Part shown: positions 1 to 8,618 of the stretch, piece after piece
Position numbering within the stretch: position 1 is the stretch's first letter
Layout: each line of letters starts with the position of its first letter
Origin: Patescibacteria group bacterium
GTDB lineage: Bacteria > Patescibacteriota > Minisyncoccia > UBA6257 > HR35
Direction of reading: 5' to 3'
NCBI GenBank assembly: GCA_030549845.1
Contig: JAUQQN010000002.1
Location: forward strand, 90,001-122,000
DNA length: 32,000 bases
The notes under the pieces: generated by a model
Seen by the model: only the letters and a program-made list of their open reading frames with translations
Database searches by the model: none
Told to the model about the DNA's origin: nothing
Translations under genes and position numbers: made by a program

Positions 1-2
1 CA

Positions 3-1607
3 GCACAAGCGCCAAAAGATAATTATAACATGATAAATAACCCGTTAAAAAACGATGAGTGGAATCATATAATAGTTACTTGGAATTTTGAAAATAAAGA
101 GGTCATTTTCTATATCAATGGAGAAAAAAAGAAAAATGACGTTGAGAATGTTCCAAGATATTGGAAAGAAATGGCAAAAATAGGAAATTTGCAAATTGGA
201 GGAACTAATTTAGGAATTGAATCTGCATTTGTAGGGTATATAGATGGAGTGAGAATTTATAATAAAGCTTTAGATAGTAAAGAGGCAAAAATGGCTTATA
301 AATATAACAGAAGAAACATAAGATATCCAACAATTTCTTTTGGGGCAGAAGAGTTGATTTCGGTAGGGAAATTAAAGGATACGGTTTTTGACTCTTCAAT
401 TGTAGAAAATATCCCTATGACTGATAAAATTAAGATTGGTACTTGTTATGCCACACCACTTCACATAGGGTATAGCTATTATCCTAGCGAGGGAAAATAC
501 ATCAATCCTTCAACCAAAGAAGCTTTCTTTTTGATTCATAGATTAAAAGATGAAGATCTTCCTATTTTTGGTGTACCAAGTCACTTTTTCCCATATGAAG
601 GAGCATTTGTTAAATTTGAAGATGCCTTTTTATTATCTTACATAGGATTAGAAATCAATAACCCCAAATTAATTAAAGATTTAAAAATTGAATTTAAGAA
701 AGTAAAGAGTTATGAACCTGGAATAATTGAGCGTTGGGGGGAACTAATTCCTACTGCCTATGCGTGTGGTCCTTACTATAGTTATAAAACAGTTGGAGAT
801 TCGGAATTTTCTTTTATAGGAGAAAAAAATGGAATATATTGGTATAAATTGAAAAATCCAATTTTCGTTGACCAAGAAGTTACAATGATGCAACTTTATT
901 ACAAACCTACTGGCGAAGAAGGAATGCTTTCTATTAGGGTTAACGATATGGTTTTTATTGATAGAAATAAAAAGCTTGTTCGCCCTACTTTTTCTAAAGA
1001 TTCAAAAAAACCAATTGAGACAGAAGGAGCGGATTTTTTCTCAGAAATGTATGTTCTTCCTTACTGCCCTCCTGGTGAGAAATATTTTGAGAAATATTTA
1101 GCATATTTTGCTAAAGAAGAAAAAGGATTTATCATTTTTAAACAAAACCTCGATACACAAAAATTAGAGTTATCTTTTGAAAACCGCGGAAAAGACCAGA
1201 TTATTATTGACCATCAATCTATTTGGAATATTGAAACTCAATTAATAAAATGGAGGGTTAAAGATATCAAAATTCGAGATTTAAATGATAACATTATTTA
1301 TAAGCTCTCAATGGATGAAATCAAAAATCAGATATTTGGTAAGAAAATAGACCCAGGTGGAGCAATAAAAATACCTCTTATTTCTCTTAAAGATTTGCAA
1401 AAAAATACATTTTATCACATTACTATTGGTACGGGTGAAGAATCGAAACTTGAAGAAGTAACAAATCAAAAAAGAATTATCAAGTGGGTTCTCGGTGATT
1501 CACCTTACTATTATCCTCGATATCGTTTTAATAATGATCTTTATTTGTACCGTTTAAATGTGGCTCAAGATGGCTCTATCAGTTTCGAAGAAGTAAGGTC
1601 GAAATAA
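3..1607 (+). CDS. LamG/concanavalin-A-like (Laminin_G_3-type) domain surface protein, 5'-truncated by the window edge
   Basis: The frame is open from nt 3 (AQAPKDNYN precedes the first Met at 30), so the gene starts upstream. The N-terminal part 'DEWNHIIVTWNFENKEVIFYINGEKK...LQIGG...FVGYIDGVRIYNKALDSKEAKMAY' fits the C-terminal half of the LamG jelly-roll signature (W-h-h-V-T, F/Y-x-NG, G-x-IDxVRIYNxAL). The remaining ~430 aa have no motif I can name. Confidence 0.6.
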   Translation, partial: AQAPKDNYNMINNPLKNDEWNHIIVTWNFENKEVIFYINGEKKKNDVENVPRYWKEMAKIGNLQIGGTNLGIESAFVGYIDGVRIYNKALDSKEAKMAYKYNRRNIRYPTISFGAEELISVGKLKDTVFDSSIVENIPMTDKIKIGTCYATPLHIGYSYYPSEGKYINPSTKEAFFLIHRLKDEDLPIFGVPSHFFPYEGAFVKFEDAFLLSYIGLEINNPKLIKDLKIEFKKVKSYEPGIIERWGELIPTAYACGPYYSYKTVGDSEFSFIGEKNGIYWYKLKNPIFVDQEVTMMQLYYKPTGEEGMLSIRVNDMVFIDRNKKLVRPTFSKDSKKPIETEGADFFSEMYVLPYCPPGEKYFEKYLAYFAKEEKGFIIFKQNLDTQKLELSFENRGKDQIIIDHQSIWNIETQLIKWRVKDIKIRDLNDNIIYKLSMDEIKNQIFGKKIDPGGAIKIPLISLKDLQKNTFYHITIGTGEESKLEEVTNQKRIIKWVLGDSPYYYPRYRFNNDLYLYRLNVAQDGSISFEEVRSK

Positions 1608-1626
1608 ATCATAGAATATAGAATTA

Positions 1627-2760
1627 GTGATAATTAGATTAAAGAAAACATTAACCTTATTAATAATTAGTGGAGTTTTCTTTTTAGGTAGTTTATTTAT
1701 TATTGAACTGAAACTTTTAAATCGAGATAAATTCGCACACAACTATTCTTCTTTCATTCAAAACAAAACTATATTACAAGAGAAAAAGAAAATAACTCTT
1801 AGAGAAAAACTTGGACAAAATTTAGTAGTTGGAATTCCAGGCCCTACGCTCGATGAAAGAACAAAAGAAATTTTGCATTACATTAAACCAGCTGGAATTG
1901 TGTTATATCGTCGGAATTATAAATCCTATTCTCAACTTAAAGATTTAATTTCCCAGTTACAAAAAATTTCAAATGAAGATACTGGGCTTTTTTATTTCAT
2001 TATGTTAGATGAAGAACCAGACGGCGCAATGCGTCTCGGTTTACTTAAAAATGTCTTTCCTCTAGAAATACCTGACTGGAAAACTATTGAAAATGATATT
2101 AGAATTTTGGCAGATATAGGAATTAATGTTGAGCTAGCGCCTATCGCAGATTTTCCATTTAATAACGATGCATTTGTTAAAAGACGAGTTCCAGTAAAGA
2201 GTGTCGAAGACTTAATAGCATTTAATAGAACATTTATCAGCTTACTTAAAGAATATAGAATTTCAGCTACTTTAAAACATTTTCCCGGTATGGGAATTTT
2301 TATCGAAGATCCTCACGAAAAGATCCCTCATTCAAATATCCAACAAGAAGTTCTTAATAAATCGTTAAAGATTTTTAAAGATGGGATTGAGAATGGGGCT
2401 GATTTTGTTATGACAGGTCACGCAGTATATGAAAATATAGACCCTAATAACCCGGCAACATTTTCTTCTAAAATAGTAAGAGACCTTTTAATACATCAAC
2501 TCGGTTTTCAAGGAATTATTATTACCGATGATCTTTCAGATATGCCCCTGGCTATAAAAGGAATAAATCTTGCAGAGGCTGGTATTAGAGCGCTTAAGGC
2601 AGGTCATCATTTGATAATGTATTCACACAAATTAGAAAAAACAAAAGATATTTTTGATAAAATATATCGCCGCATAGAAAACGATTTTGAATTGCAATCA
2701 ATTATTGAGAGTAATTATCAGAAAATTATTGAATTTAAAAAATCTATCTTCTCATATTAA
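1627..2760 (+). CDS. Glycoside hydrolase family 3 N-terminal domain protein (beta-N-acetylhexosaminidase, NagZ-like) with an N-terminal membrane anchor or signal
   Basis: GTG start 19 nt after the previous stop. Hydrophobic N-terminus 'LTLLIISGVFFLGSLFII'. GH3 motifs 'KHFPGMG...DPH' and nucleophile region 'GIIITDDLSDM'. Confidence 0.75.
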   Translation: MIIRLKKTLTLLIISGVFFLGSLFIIELKLLNRDKFAHNYSSFIQNKTILQEKKKITLREKLGQNLVVGIPGPTLDERTKEILHYIKPAGIVLYRRNYKSYSQLKDLISQLQKISNEDTGLFYFIMLDEEPDGAMRLGLLKNVFPLEIPDWKTIENDIRILADIGINVELAPIADFPFNNDAFVKRRVPVKSVEDLIAFNRTFISLLKEYRISATLKHFPGMGIFIEDPHEKIPHSNIQQEVLNKSLKIFKDGIENGADFVMTGHAVYENIDPNNPATFSSKIVRDLLIHQLGFQGIIITDDLSDMPLAIKGINLAEAGIRALKAGHHLIMYSHKLEKTKDIFDKIYRRIENDFELQSIIESNYQKIIEFKKSIFSY

Positions 2761-3235
2761 AAGTTAGCGTAATAAAAATAAAAAACTTGTCATTGCAAAA
2801 CAACAAATCTGAAGATAGGTTTTCTCGAAAAAACACCATTTTAAAATGCTAAAGTCAATGACAATTCTTCTAAAACCCCAAGTTTCAGACGTAGGCTTAA
2901 TGCAGAGTCTCTGCCTCCGTTCTTGAAAATAAAATAAGGGCGAGGGAATTAGCTGGCTTTCAATCTTACATTAAGTTCGTTGGAAATTTGATAACAAACC
3001 CATTATTGCATTTTAGGTTAATTAAAGAAATTTGCGAACTCGAAAAAAGTAAGAATTTATCTGAATTTTAAAATTCTATGGTGCCAATAAGAAAGTTGTA
3101 ATTGCCATATCTATCAGTATACATACAATAGATTTACTCCCAGCATTTTTATTCTATTTTTCCATACAACTTCTCTAATAATTCTTTCACTTTTACATTT
3201 CATTACTTTTATCTCTAAATCCTGCCTTTATTCAA

Positions 3236-4009
3236 TTAAATATGAATGCCAAAGTAAATCAAAATATATTTCAATGAGACATAGAAAAACAAAAGACCAA
3301 ACAAGAATTTCAAGATATTTGGTTTGAATTTTGCTACGAGCTTTGCGCCATAAATTGCGCCGATTAAAGCGCCGATACCCAAAGCAATTGCTACTGGAAT
3401 ATCAACAACACCTTGAAAAAGTTTAAAGAAAGCACCCACCAAGGCCATCCAGACAAAAGCAGCCATTGAAGTACCAATTGCCAGCTTTACTGGTGCTTTC
3501 AAAAAATAGATGTAAGAAGGGACTAAAGCATAACCACCTCCAAGACCGATAATGCCAGTTAAAATGCCAATAGCTGAACCTAAAATTGTTTTTACTAGCG
3601 GCTTACCTGGAATTTCCACACCTTGCACAGTTTGGCTTTTAGTAAATAATCCTTCATAAAGCATTCGGACCGAAACGATGATAAAAGCAATACCAATAAT
3701 CAAGTCAATTAAATTACCGTAATGTTTAATATAACCAAAAACAATTGAACCAATAATTACACCCAAAATTCCTGCATAACCAGTTAAAAGTGCTGTTTCT
3801 TTATCAACATTTTTCATTTTAAAATGCTGATAAGCACCCGATGCGGCAGTAAAAACTACTGCCGTTAAAGTTGTACCAATAGCAACTGCTGGATCAAAAT
3901 GAAAAACAAAACGAATAACTGGCATTATTAAAGCACAACCTCCAGTACCTAAAAGCCCGCCGATAACTCCAGCCAAGAAACCGGTGATAAGATAAATTAA
4001 GTAAATCAT
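3236..4009 (-). CDS. TauE/SafE (DUF81) family anion exporter, polytopic membrane protein
   Basis: 257 aa, hydrophobic throughout. Has the duplicated Gly-rich helices typical of the family ('GVIGGLLGTGGCALIMP' and 'GIIGLGGGYALVP'). Confidence 0.8.
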   Translation of the reverse strand: MIYLIYLITGFLAGVIGGLLGTGGCALIMPVIRFVFHFDPAVAIGTTLTAVVFTAASGAYQHFKMKNVDKETALLTGYAGILGVIIGSIVFGYIKHYGNLIDLIIGIAFIIVSVRMLYEGLFTKSQTVQGVEIPGKPLVKTILGSAIGILTGIIGLGGGYALVPSYIYFLKAPVKLAIGTSMAAFVWMALVGAFFKLFQGVVDIPVAIALGIGALIGAIYGAKLVAKFKPNILKFLFGLLFFYVSLKYILIYFGIHI

Positions 4010-4169
4010 AATTTCTCTTTCTAGTTTTTAATTCCAGAAAAACTCGGAAATTATTAAAATAATTAATGATATATCAAAACTTTCAAAAATTACCAAAGAA
4101 TTAAATATAGTTTTAATTACTTTAAACAACTACTGAATTAACAAAATTTCAAACAACGTCACTAAATTA

Positions 4170-4832
4170 TTATAATAAACCTTTTTCTTTTAACCTTTTT
4201 AATAACCTTTCTAACCCCTCAACAATATATTCAACATGAAGAGCGCCGCAAGAAACTAAAATCTTAGCATTAGGATTTTCGCTTAATATGTTATTAATTT
4301 TCTCTACCGTAACTCTACTTCTTTCTGGTATCATAATTGTAGCTATTATTTCTGCTATTTGTTTCTCTCCTAAATTGAATTGCTTTAGATAATTCTTTAA
4401 ATAATCAACCATGTGTTTGTGTTTAAATAATATCCATTCTCGCATCTTTGCTCCACTCATATCACCAGCAATAACCCTTACTTTATTCTTCTTGGCTTCT
4501 TCTACTAACTTTTGATAATCGATAGAAAGTTTTTCAAGTTGAGAAATTTCTACTATTTTGTCCTGTACAAATTCATCAAGGGTTTGTTGCATATCTTCAG
4601 AAAGTTCTAAAATTAAATGAGTATACTGCCCACTTTGCAAAGCAACTATTAATTCAAAAACACGAGGTCGATCGTGAAATTCACCAAAAATATGCACATT
4701 ACCAATTTCAATGAACTCCTTAGAAATTTCTTCTAGGGTTTTTCCTTTTATTTCAATGAGTTTCTTAGAAATTTCTTCTAGAGAAATTCCTGCTAGAGTT
4801 TTTCCTTTTTTGCCTTCTCCAAATTCTTTCAT
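4170..4832 (-). CDS. Hypothetical protein, possibly ChaN/Tiki-superfamily (DUF399-like) fold
   Basis: 'VHIFGEFHDRP...THLILELSED' resembles the N-terminal GExHd / lElxxd motif of ChaN-like proteins. C-terminal 'ILVSCGALHV' resembles the GxxH motif. The N-terminus carries an internal duplication (GKTLAGISLEEISKKLIEI / GKTLEEISKEFIEI). Confidence 0.4.
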   Translation of the reverse strand: MKEFGEGKKGKTLAGISLEEISKKLIEIKGKTLEEISKEFIEIGNVHIFGEFHDRPRVFELIVALQSGQYTHLILELSEDMQQTLDEFVQDKIVEISQLEKLSIDYQKLVEEAKKNKVRVIAGDMSGAKMREWILFKHKHMVDYLKNYLKQFNLGEKQIAEIIATIMIPERSRVTVEKINNILSENPNAKILVSCGALHVEYIVEGLERLLKRLKEKGLL

Positions 4833-4967
4833 ATTTTAATTATTGTTTATTTTAATCATTTTTTGGTTTCGACCTTTATTATCTTTTATTTTTAGCAATT
4901 TTTCGATTTCACTCATAATAATCTAAATTATACCTCAATTTCTTATGCGCGGAGGCTAGGTAAAGAC

Positions 4968-4995
4968 TTGACAAATTTTGAAAATATGGTGTAAT
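4968..4995 (+). promoter_or_regulatory. Sigma70-like promoter for the GC-rich ORF
   Basis: TTGACA (4968-4973), 16-nt spacer, TGTAAT (4990-4995). Lies about 33 nt upstream of ATG 5028. Confidence 0.45.
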
Positions 4996-5027
4996 TTTAA
5001 ATGGTAAACTAAAAGGAGGTGTTTGGA

Positions 5028-5426
5028 ATGAAGATTATCAATTTGACCCCTCATCCCTGTGTCATCCTGCGGGAAGACCCGCAGGGGGACATCGAAGGTG
5101 TCGAAGGTGTAGGGAGTGAAGTTCGCCGCTACAGAAAAATCGCAGAATTGCCACCGTCCGGCAAGGTGGCACGCGCCAGTCAAAAGGAAGAAATTGCTGG
5201 TTTCATTTTGGTTAACGACGTGGAGGTCCCCGTAGTCAGAATGACTTACGGGGAACCCATCAATTTACCAGAGCCAAAAGAAGGAGTAGTTTATTTTGTC
5301 TCCCTCCTCACAGCCCAGGCTGCGGCGGCCACCGGACGCCGGACAGATGACTTAGTGTTTGCTGGGAAAACAGTTAGGAGTAAGGAGGGCTCAATAATCG
5401 GTATAACTTCCTTCGGTAAATTATGA
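5028..5426 (+). CDS. Hypothetical protein (132 aa), compositionally foreign (~53% GC)
   Basis: GGAGGT at 5015-5020 lies 7 nt before ATG 5028, so the track's GTG at 5019 is probably too early. A 132-codon open frame in ~50% GC DNA is unlikely by chance. GC-ending codons are used throughout. A strong terminator follows. I cannot assign a family; the N-terminus is 'MKIINLTPHPCVIL'. Confidence 0.7.
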   Translation: MKIINLTPHPCVILREDPQGDIEGVEGVGSEVRRYRKIAELPPSGKVARASQKEEIAGFILVNDVEVPVVRMTYGEPINLPEPKEGVVYFVSLLTAQAAAATGRRTDDLVFAGKTVRSKEGSIIGITSFGKL

Positions 5427-5449
5427 TGATGAGAAGTTGCAGGTTTCAA

Positions 5450-5478
5450 GGGAGCCTAAGAAAGGGCTCCCATTTTTT
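5450..5478 (+). terminator. Rho-independent terminator
   Basis: GGGAGCC (5450-5456), loop TAAGAAAG, GGCTCCC (5465-5471), then A + TTTTTT (5473-5478). Starts 24 nt after the stop codon. Confidence 0.75.
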
Positions 5479-5738
5479 CAGTCAAAAAAGAGTATTCGGT
5501 TCTCTTTTTCATGTTTTAGGTTGAAAATAGAATAAGAATTTTAGGTTATTAAGTTCAAATAAAAATAGCCAATTGAAAAACTATAATTTGCGATAGATGT
5601 CTTTACCTTTTTGATGTGGAGCCAACAACCTCAAGAATTAGCCTTAAATTGTGATTCTTAAATTAAATTAGATAAATTGTGCTATAACTGATTGATTATC
5701 AATTAATAGAACTGACTTTTAATTTCTCAGCCTCTTTG

Positions 5739-5810
5739 CTCCGGGGGCAGGATTCGAACCTGCGACATCCTGGTTAACAGCCAGGCGTTCTACCGCTGAA
5801 CTACCCCGGA
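5739..5810 (-). tRNA. tRNA-Asn (anticodon GTT), CCA not encoded
   Basis: The reverse complement folds as a cloverleaf: TCCGGGG/CCCCGGA acceptor stem, CCTGG-CTGTTAA-CCAGG anticodon arm, GCAGG-TTCGAAT-CCTGC T arm, discriminator G. Confidence 0.95.
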
Positions 5811-5826
5811 GTAATAATCAAATAAA

Positions 5827-5853
5827 ATTATAATTCAAATTAATACAAATCAA
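5827..5853 (-). promoter_or_regulatory. Candidate promoter for tRNA-Asn
   Basis: On the minus strand: TTGATT (5853-5848), 15-nt spacer, perfect TATAAT (5832-5827). It ends 16 nt upstream of the tRNA 5' end. The spacer is short, and AT-rich DNA produces many -10-like hexamers. Confidence 0.3.
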
Positions 5854-6502
5854 TACTGGCAATTATTTCAAAATTGCCGCATTGAGAACAGCGAGAAGGT
5901 GTCTTTTTATTTCTGCGTTTCTTTGCCATTTCTATTCCTATATTATTCTAAATTTCGACCTTTTAAAGTTTATTTTTATTTATAGTAAAGCATCTAATAA
6001 CATTTTACCAAATTTTTCACCAGATTGTAGACCATTAGTAGTAACTAAATAAATTACCATTACGAATAATATTTTCATCTGCATACTTCTACTTATCCCA
6101 TTTTCTTCTTAAGATACCGACTTTAGCTAAAATTGTTGGTGCTATTTAGATAGCTGCTAATTTTTATTTAACTCAATAATTCCTAAGCAATCTTATAATT
6201 AGTCTCATTATTTAAATTTTCTAAGGCTACTGACAACGATAATTTGGTGATCAGATTTTTTTTTAAAAAATCTCAGCAAGCATAAAAAATCCCTCAGCTC
6301 GAAAACCTTCTTTGGTAATAATAAAAGCAATTTTTTCATTAGCATTTTGTGACTTATAATATTAGGCAGAGAAAAATTAAAAAATTATAAATTTGGCTAT
6401 ATTTTCTTTGAAGATAATTTAAAAGGCATTAGTTGGTGGCGGAAGAATTTAACGTTTTTTTCAATGGTTAAATTTTATTTAGATTAAACTCTAAACGAGA
6501 TT

Positions 6503-7492
6503 TTATATCCGAAAATTTCTTTTAACATATAACCAGAACTTAAATATAACTAAACCAAATACAATAATTAAAATACCAACAATCATAATTTTAATTAAAA
6601 CCTGAACAGAAACGATGATAAAAGGAATTAGTTCGGTAAAATTTAAAATAGCGTGAATAGAATCATTAATAACTAATTTAATTTTCTCGTTAATAGCTTC
6701 CTTATAATCACTGACTACAATTTTAAATGGTTTTGTTTGATTAAGATTAATTGAAAAAACTGAATATTCTCCTTGTTGCATTTTTTCTTCAACAATACCT
6801 TGTAAACTTCTCATTCTTGAAACTAAATTCATTTTTTCGTTATTAATTTTCATCAAAAGATTAATTTTTCGTTCGCTTGTCTCCATATTTAAAGTTTCTT
6901 TTTCAATTTGATTTAAATTATTTAAAGTTTGGCGAATAATATCCAGTTCATTTAACTCTTGTTTAGTTGAAATTTTGTAATTTTTAACATATGAATTGCG
7001 AACATCAAAATTTTTTAAAAGGAAATTAAAGAATTCATCAAATTTATTAGTAGGAACATAGGCGGAAATTTTTACATTTATTTTTTCATAATCTTCAGTT
7101 TTATAATAATCACCAATAAAGCCGTTATAACTTTCTGTTTTTTGTTTTATCGTTTCATAATCCTTATCCACTGATTGAGATTTTATAGAGATATCGCCTT
7201 CTTTAATTTCTATTTTTGTTTGATCTTTTAAGGAAGAAGGTGATAGGAATGGAGCAAAAGAAGATTCTAATTTAGCTGGACTTGGAAGTTCAAAAGATGG
7301 GGTAGATAAGGTTTTAAAAGATGGATAATCAGTTCCTCTATAATAATCTAATCGTCTCGAAGCGTTAAAATTTTGAAAATTTAAATAGGTATAAGTAAAA
7401 AATAATACTAGCAAGATAATTATAATTCCAGTTATAATCTTTATGAAAAGAGGTAATTTTTTAATTTTTTCAAGAATATTTTTCTCTTCCAT
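6503..7492 (-). CDS. DUF4349-like membrane-anchored protein
   Basis: The architecture matches DUF4349 as I remember it: an N-terminal TM helix, a domain '...IEIKEGDISIKSQSVDKDYETIKQKTESYNGFI...VPTNKFDEFFNFL', a coiled-coil segment, and C-terminal TM helices ending in a basic tail. Confidence 0.55.
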   Translation of the reverse strand: MEEKNILEKIKKLPLFIKIITGIIIILLVLFFTYTYLNFQNFNASRRLDYYRGTDYPSFKTLSTPSFELPSPAKLESSFAPFLSPSSLKDQTKIEIKEGDISIKSQSVDKDYETIKQKTESYNGFIGDYYKTEDYEKINVKISAYVPTNKFDEFFNFLLKNFDVRNSYVKNYKISTKQELNELDIIRQTLNNLNQIEKETLNMETSERKINLLMKINNEKMNLVSRMRSLQGIVEEKMQQGEYSVFSINLNQTKPFKIVVSDYKEAINEKIKLVINDSIHAILNFTELIPFIIVSVQVLIKIMIVGILIIVFGLVIFKFWLYVKRNFRI

Positions 7493-7927
7493 TGTTCATT
7501 ATTAAGTTCAATTAATTTTTTGACTCTCTCAAAATTATTTTACTCTAAATTTTATAAATTTAAAAAACAATGGAAAGGAAACTTAAAAATCTCGATTGAA
7601 TTTAGGATAAAATTAAGTGTTAAAAACGTTATCAACTCTTTAACAAACATGTTTGGCCTTTTAAAATAGATACTTGCTGACTTTTGAGGATATATTATTT
7701 TTATCAGACCAATTTTATGGTAGCCTCGATAAACAATTAAGTTTGTTCAAAATTTAAATCAATTATTATAGTGTAAATTTATAATTTATTTAGTTAAATA
7801 ATATTTATTCAGTTTAAATATTAATATTTAAAAAATAAAATAATATAGAAAAAATAGAAAAGTAATAAACTAACATTTATAGTAAAGTTTAAAGACATCT
7901 TGGGGATTTTTAACTATAATATTATTA

Positions 7928-8608
7928 TTAAAAAATCAAAGTTCCTATAAATTGTTTCCCTTCTATGCATTTAATAAAATTTGATAAATTTTTGCCATTA
8001 AGAATATAAACTTTGAATTTAAGTTTTTTAGCAAGCCTTGAAGCAACAGGATCAAAAGGAGAAGACATTCCAGGTTTCCAATCTTTTTCTATCATTTTTA
8101 AATAGTTATCCCAGCTTAATTTTCTAAAGGGTTTTGCATCTTTATATTTTCTAGGATCTTTATCGTATACATAATCAACGTTTGTCAGATTAATTATGGT
8201 ATTTGAACCATATGTTTTTGCAAGTAAAACCGCATCATAATCAGTACTAAATCCTGGTTTCCAACCAGCGGCTATTAAAATTTTTTCTTTAAAATCAAAT
8301 TTTTTTCTGGGGTTTTTAGCAAATCTGAAATGAGCATATTCTCTAAAAATAGTAAGTAAAAGATGTGCATTTAATCTTGTTGAATGTATTCCTAACCAAT
8401 CTAGATCTTCATTAGACGGATTTGATAATTGTTTAGCTGTGGTTTGGTATTTCCTTGCAATTTTACCACCTCCAACAATTATAATAAACCTCTTTCCTTT
8501 CTGGATTTCTTTTGTAATAACTTCTTTAAATTTATTTAAAAAATTAATATCAATTTCATTTGGCACTATTAAACTACCTCCTAATGAAATGACAAATAAT
8601 TTGCCCAT
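7928..8608 (-). CDS. pyrH: UMP kinase, archaeal-type (amino-acid kinase fold)
   Basis: 226 aa. Begins 'KLFVISLGGSLI' rather than the bacterial 'KRVLLKLSGE'. Contains 'IIIVGGGKIAR' and 'GWKPGFSTDYDAVLLA'. Confidence 0.8.
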   Translation of the reverse strand: MGKLFVISLGGSLIVPNEIDINFLNKFKEVITKEIQKGKRFIIIVGGGKIARKYQTTAKQLSNPSNEDLDWLGIHSTRLNAHLLLTIFREYAHFRFAKNPRKKFDFKEKILIAAGWKPGFSTDYDAVLLAKTYGSNTIINLTNVDYVYDKDPRKYKDAKPFRKLSWDNYLKMIEKDWKPGMSSPFDPVASRLAKKLKFKVYILNGKNLSNFIKCIEGKQFIGTLIF

Positions 8609-8618
8609 TTATTTTGAT

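Noticed and set aside
4941-5480. The GC-rich segment as a known structured RNA (RNase P RNA, tmRNA, SRP RNA or a retron ncRNA) rather than a protein gene.
   Set aside because: I could not find the RNase P 'GAGGAAAGTCC' type P4 motif, a tmRNA tRNA-like 3' end, or SRP domain IV motifs. No reverse transcriptase gene is nearby. A 132-codon frame with an ideally spaced Shine-Dalgarno and a terminator favours a CDS. I have kept this as the alternative hypothesis in the finding, because the internal hairpins are strong.
4866-5963. The 11-mer TTTCGACCTTT occurs on both sides of the GC-rich gene and tRNA-Asn (4866-4876 and 5953-5963). An inverted copy (AAGGTCGAAAT) lies at about 1595-1605. These could be att-like direct repeats.
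   Set aside because: Exact 11-mer matches are expected by chance hundreds of times in 32 kb of ~28% GC DNA. The flanking similarity is only AT-rich filler. The left copy is not at the compositional boundary. The third copy lies inside coding sequence. This is not enough to call att sites.
7815-7830. A perfect 16-nt palindrome, TAAATATTAATATTTA, in the pyrH to DUF4349 spacer.
   Set aside because: It consists only of A and T in a spacer that is almost entirely A/T, where palindromes of this length arise readily. There is no second copy and no adjacent regulator gene.
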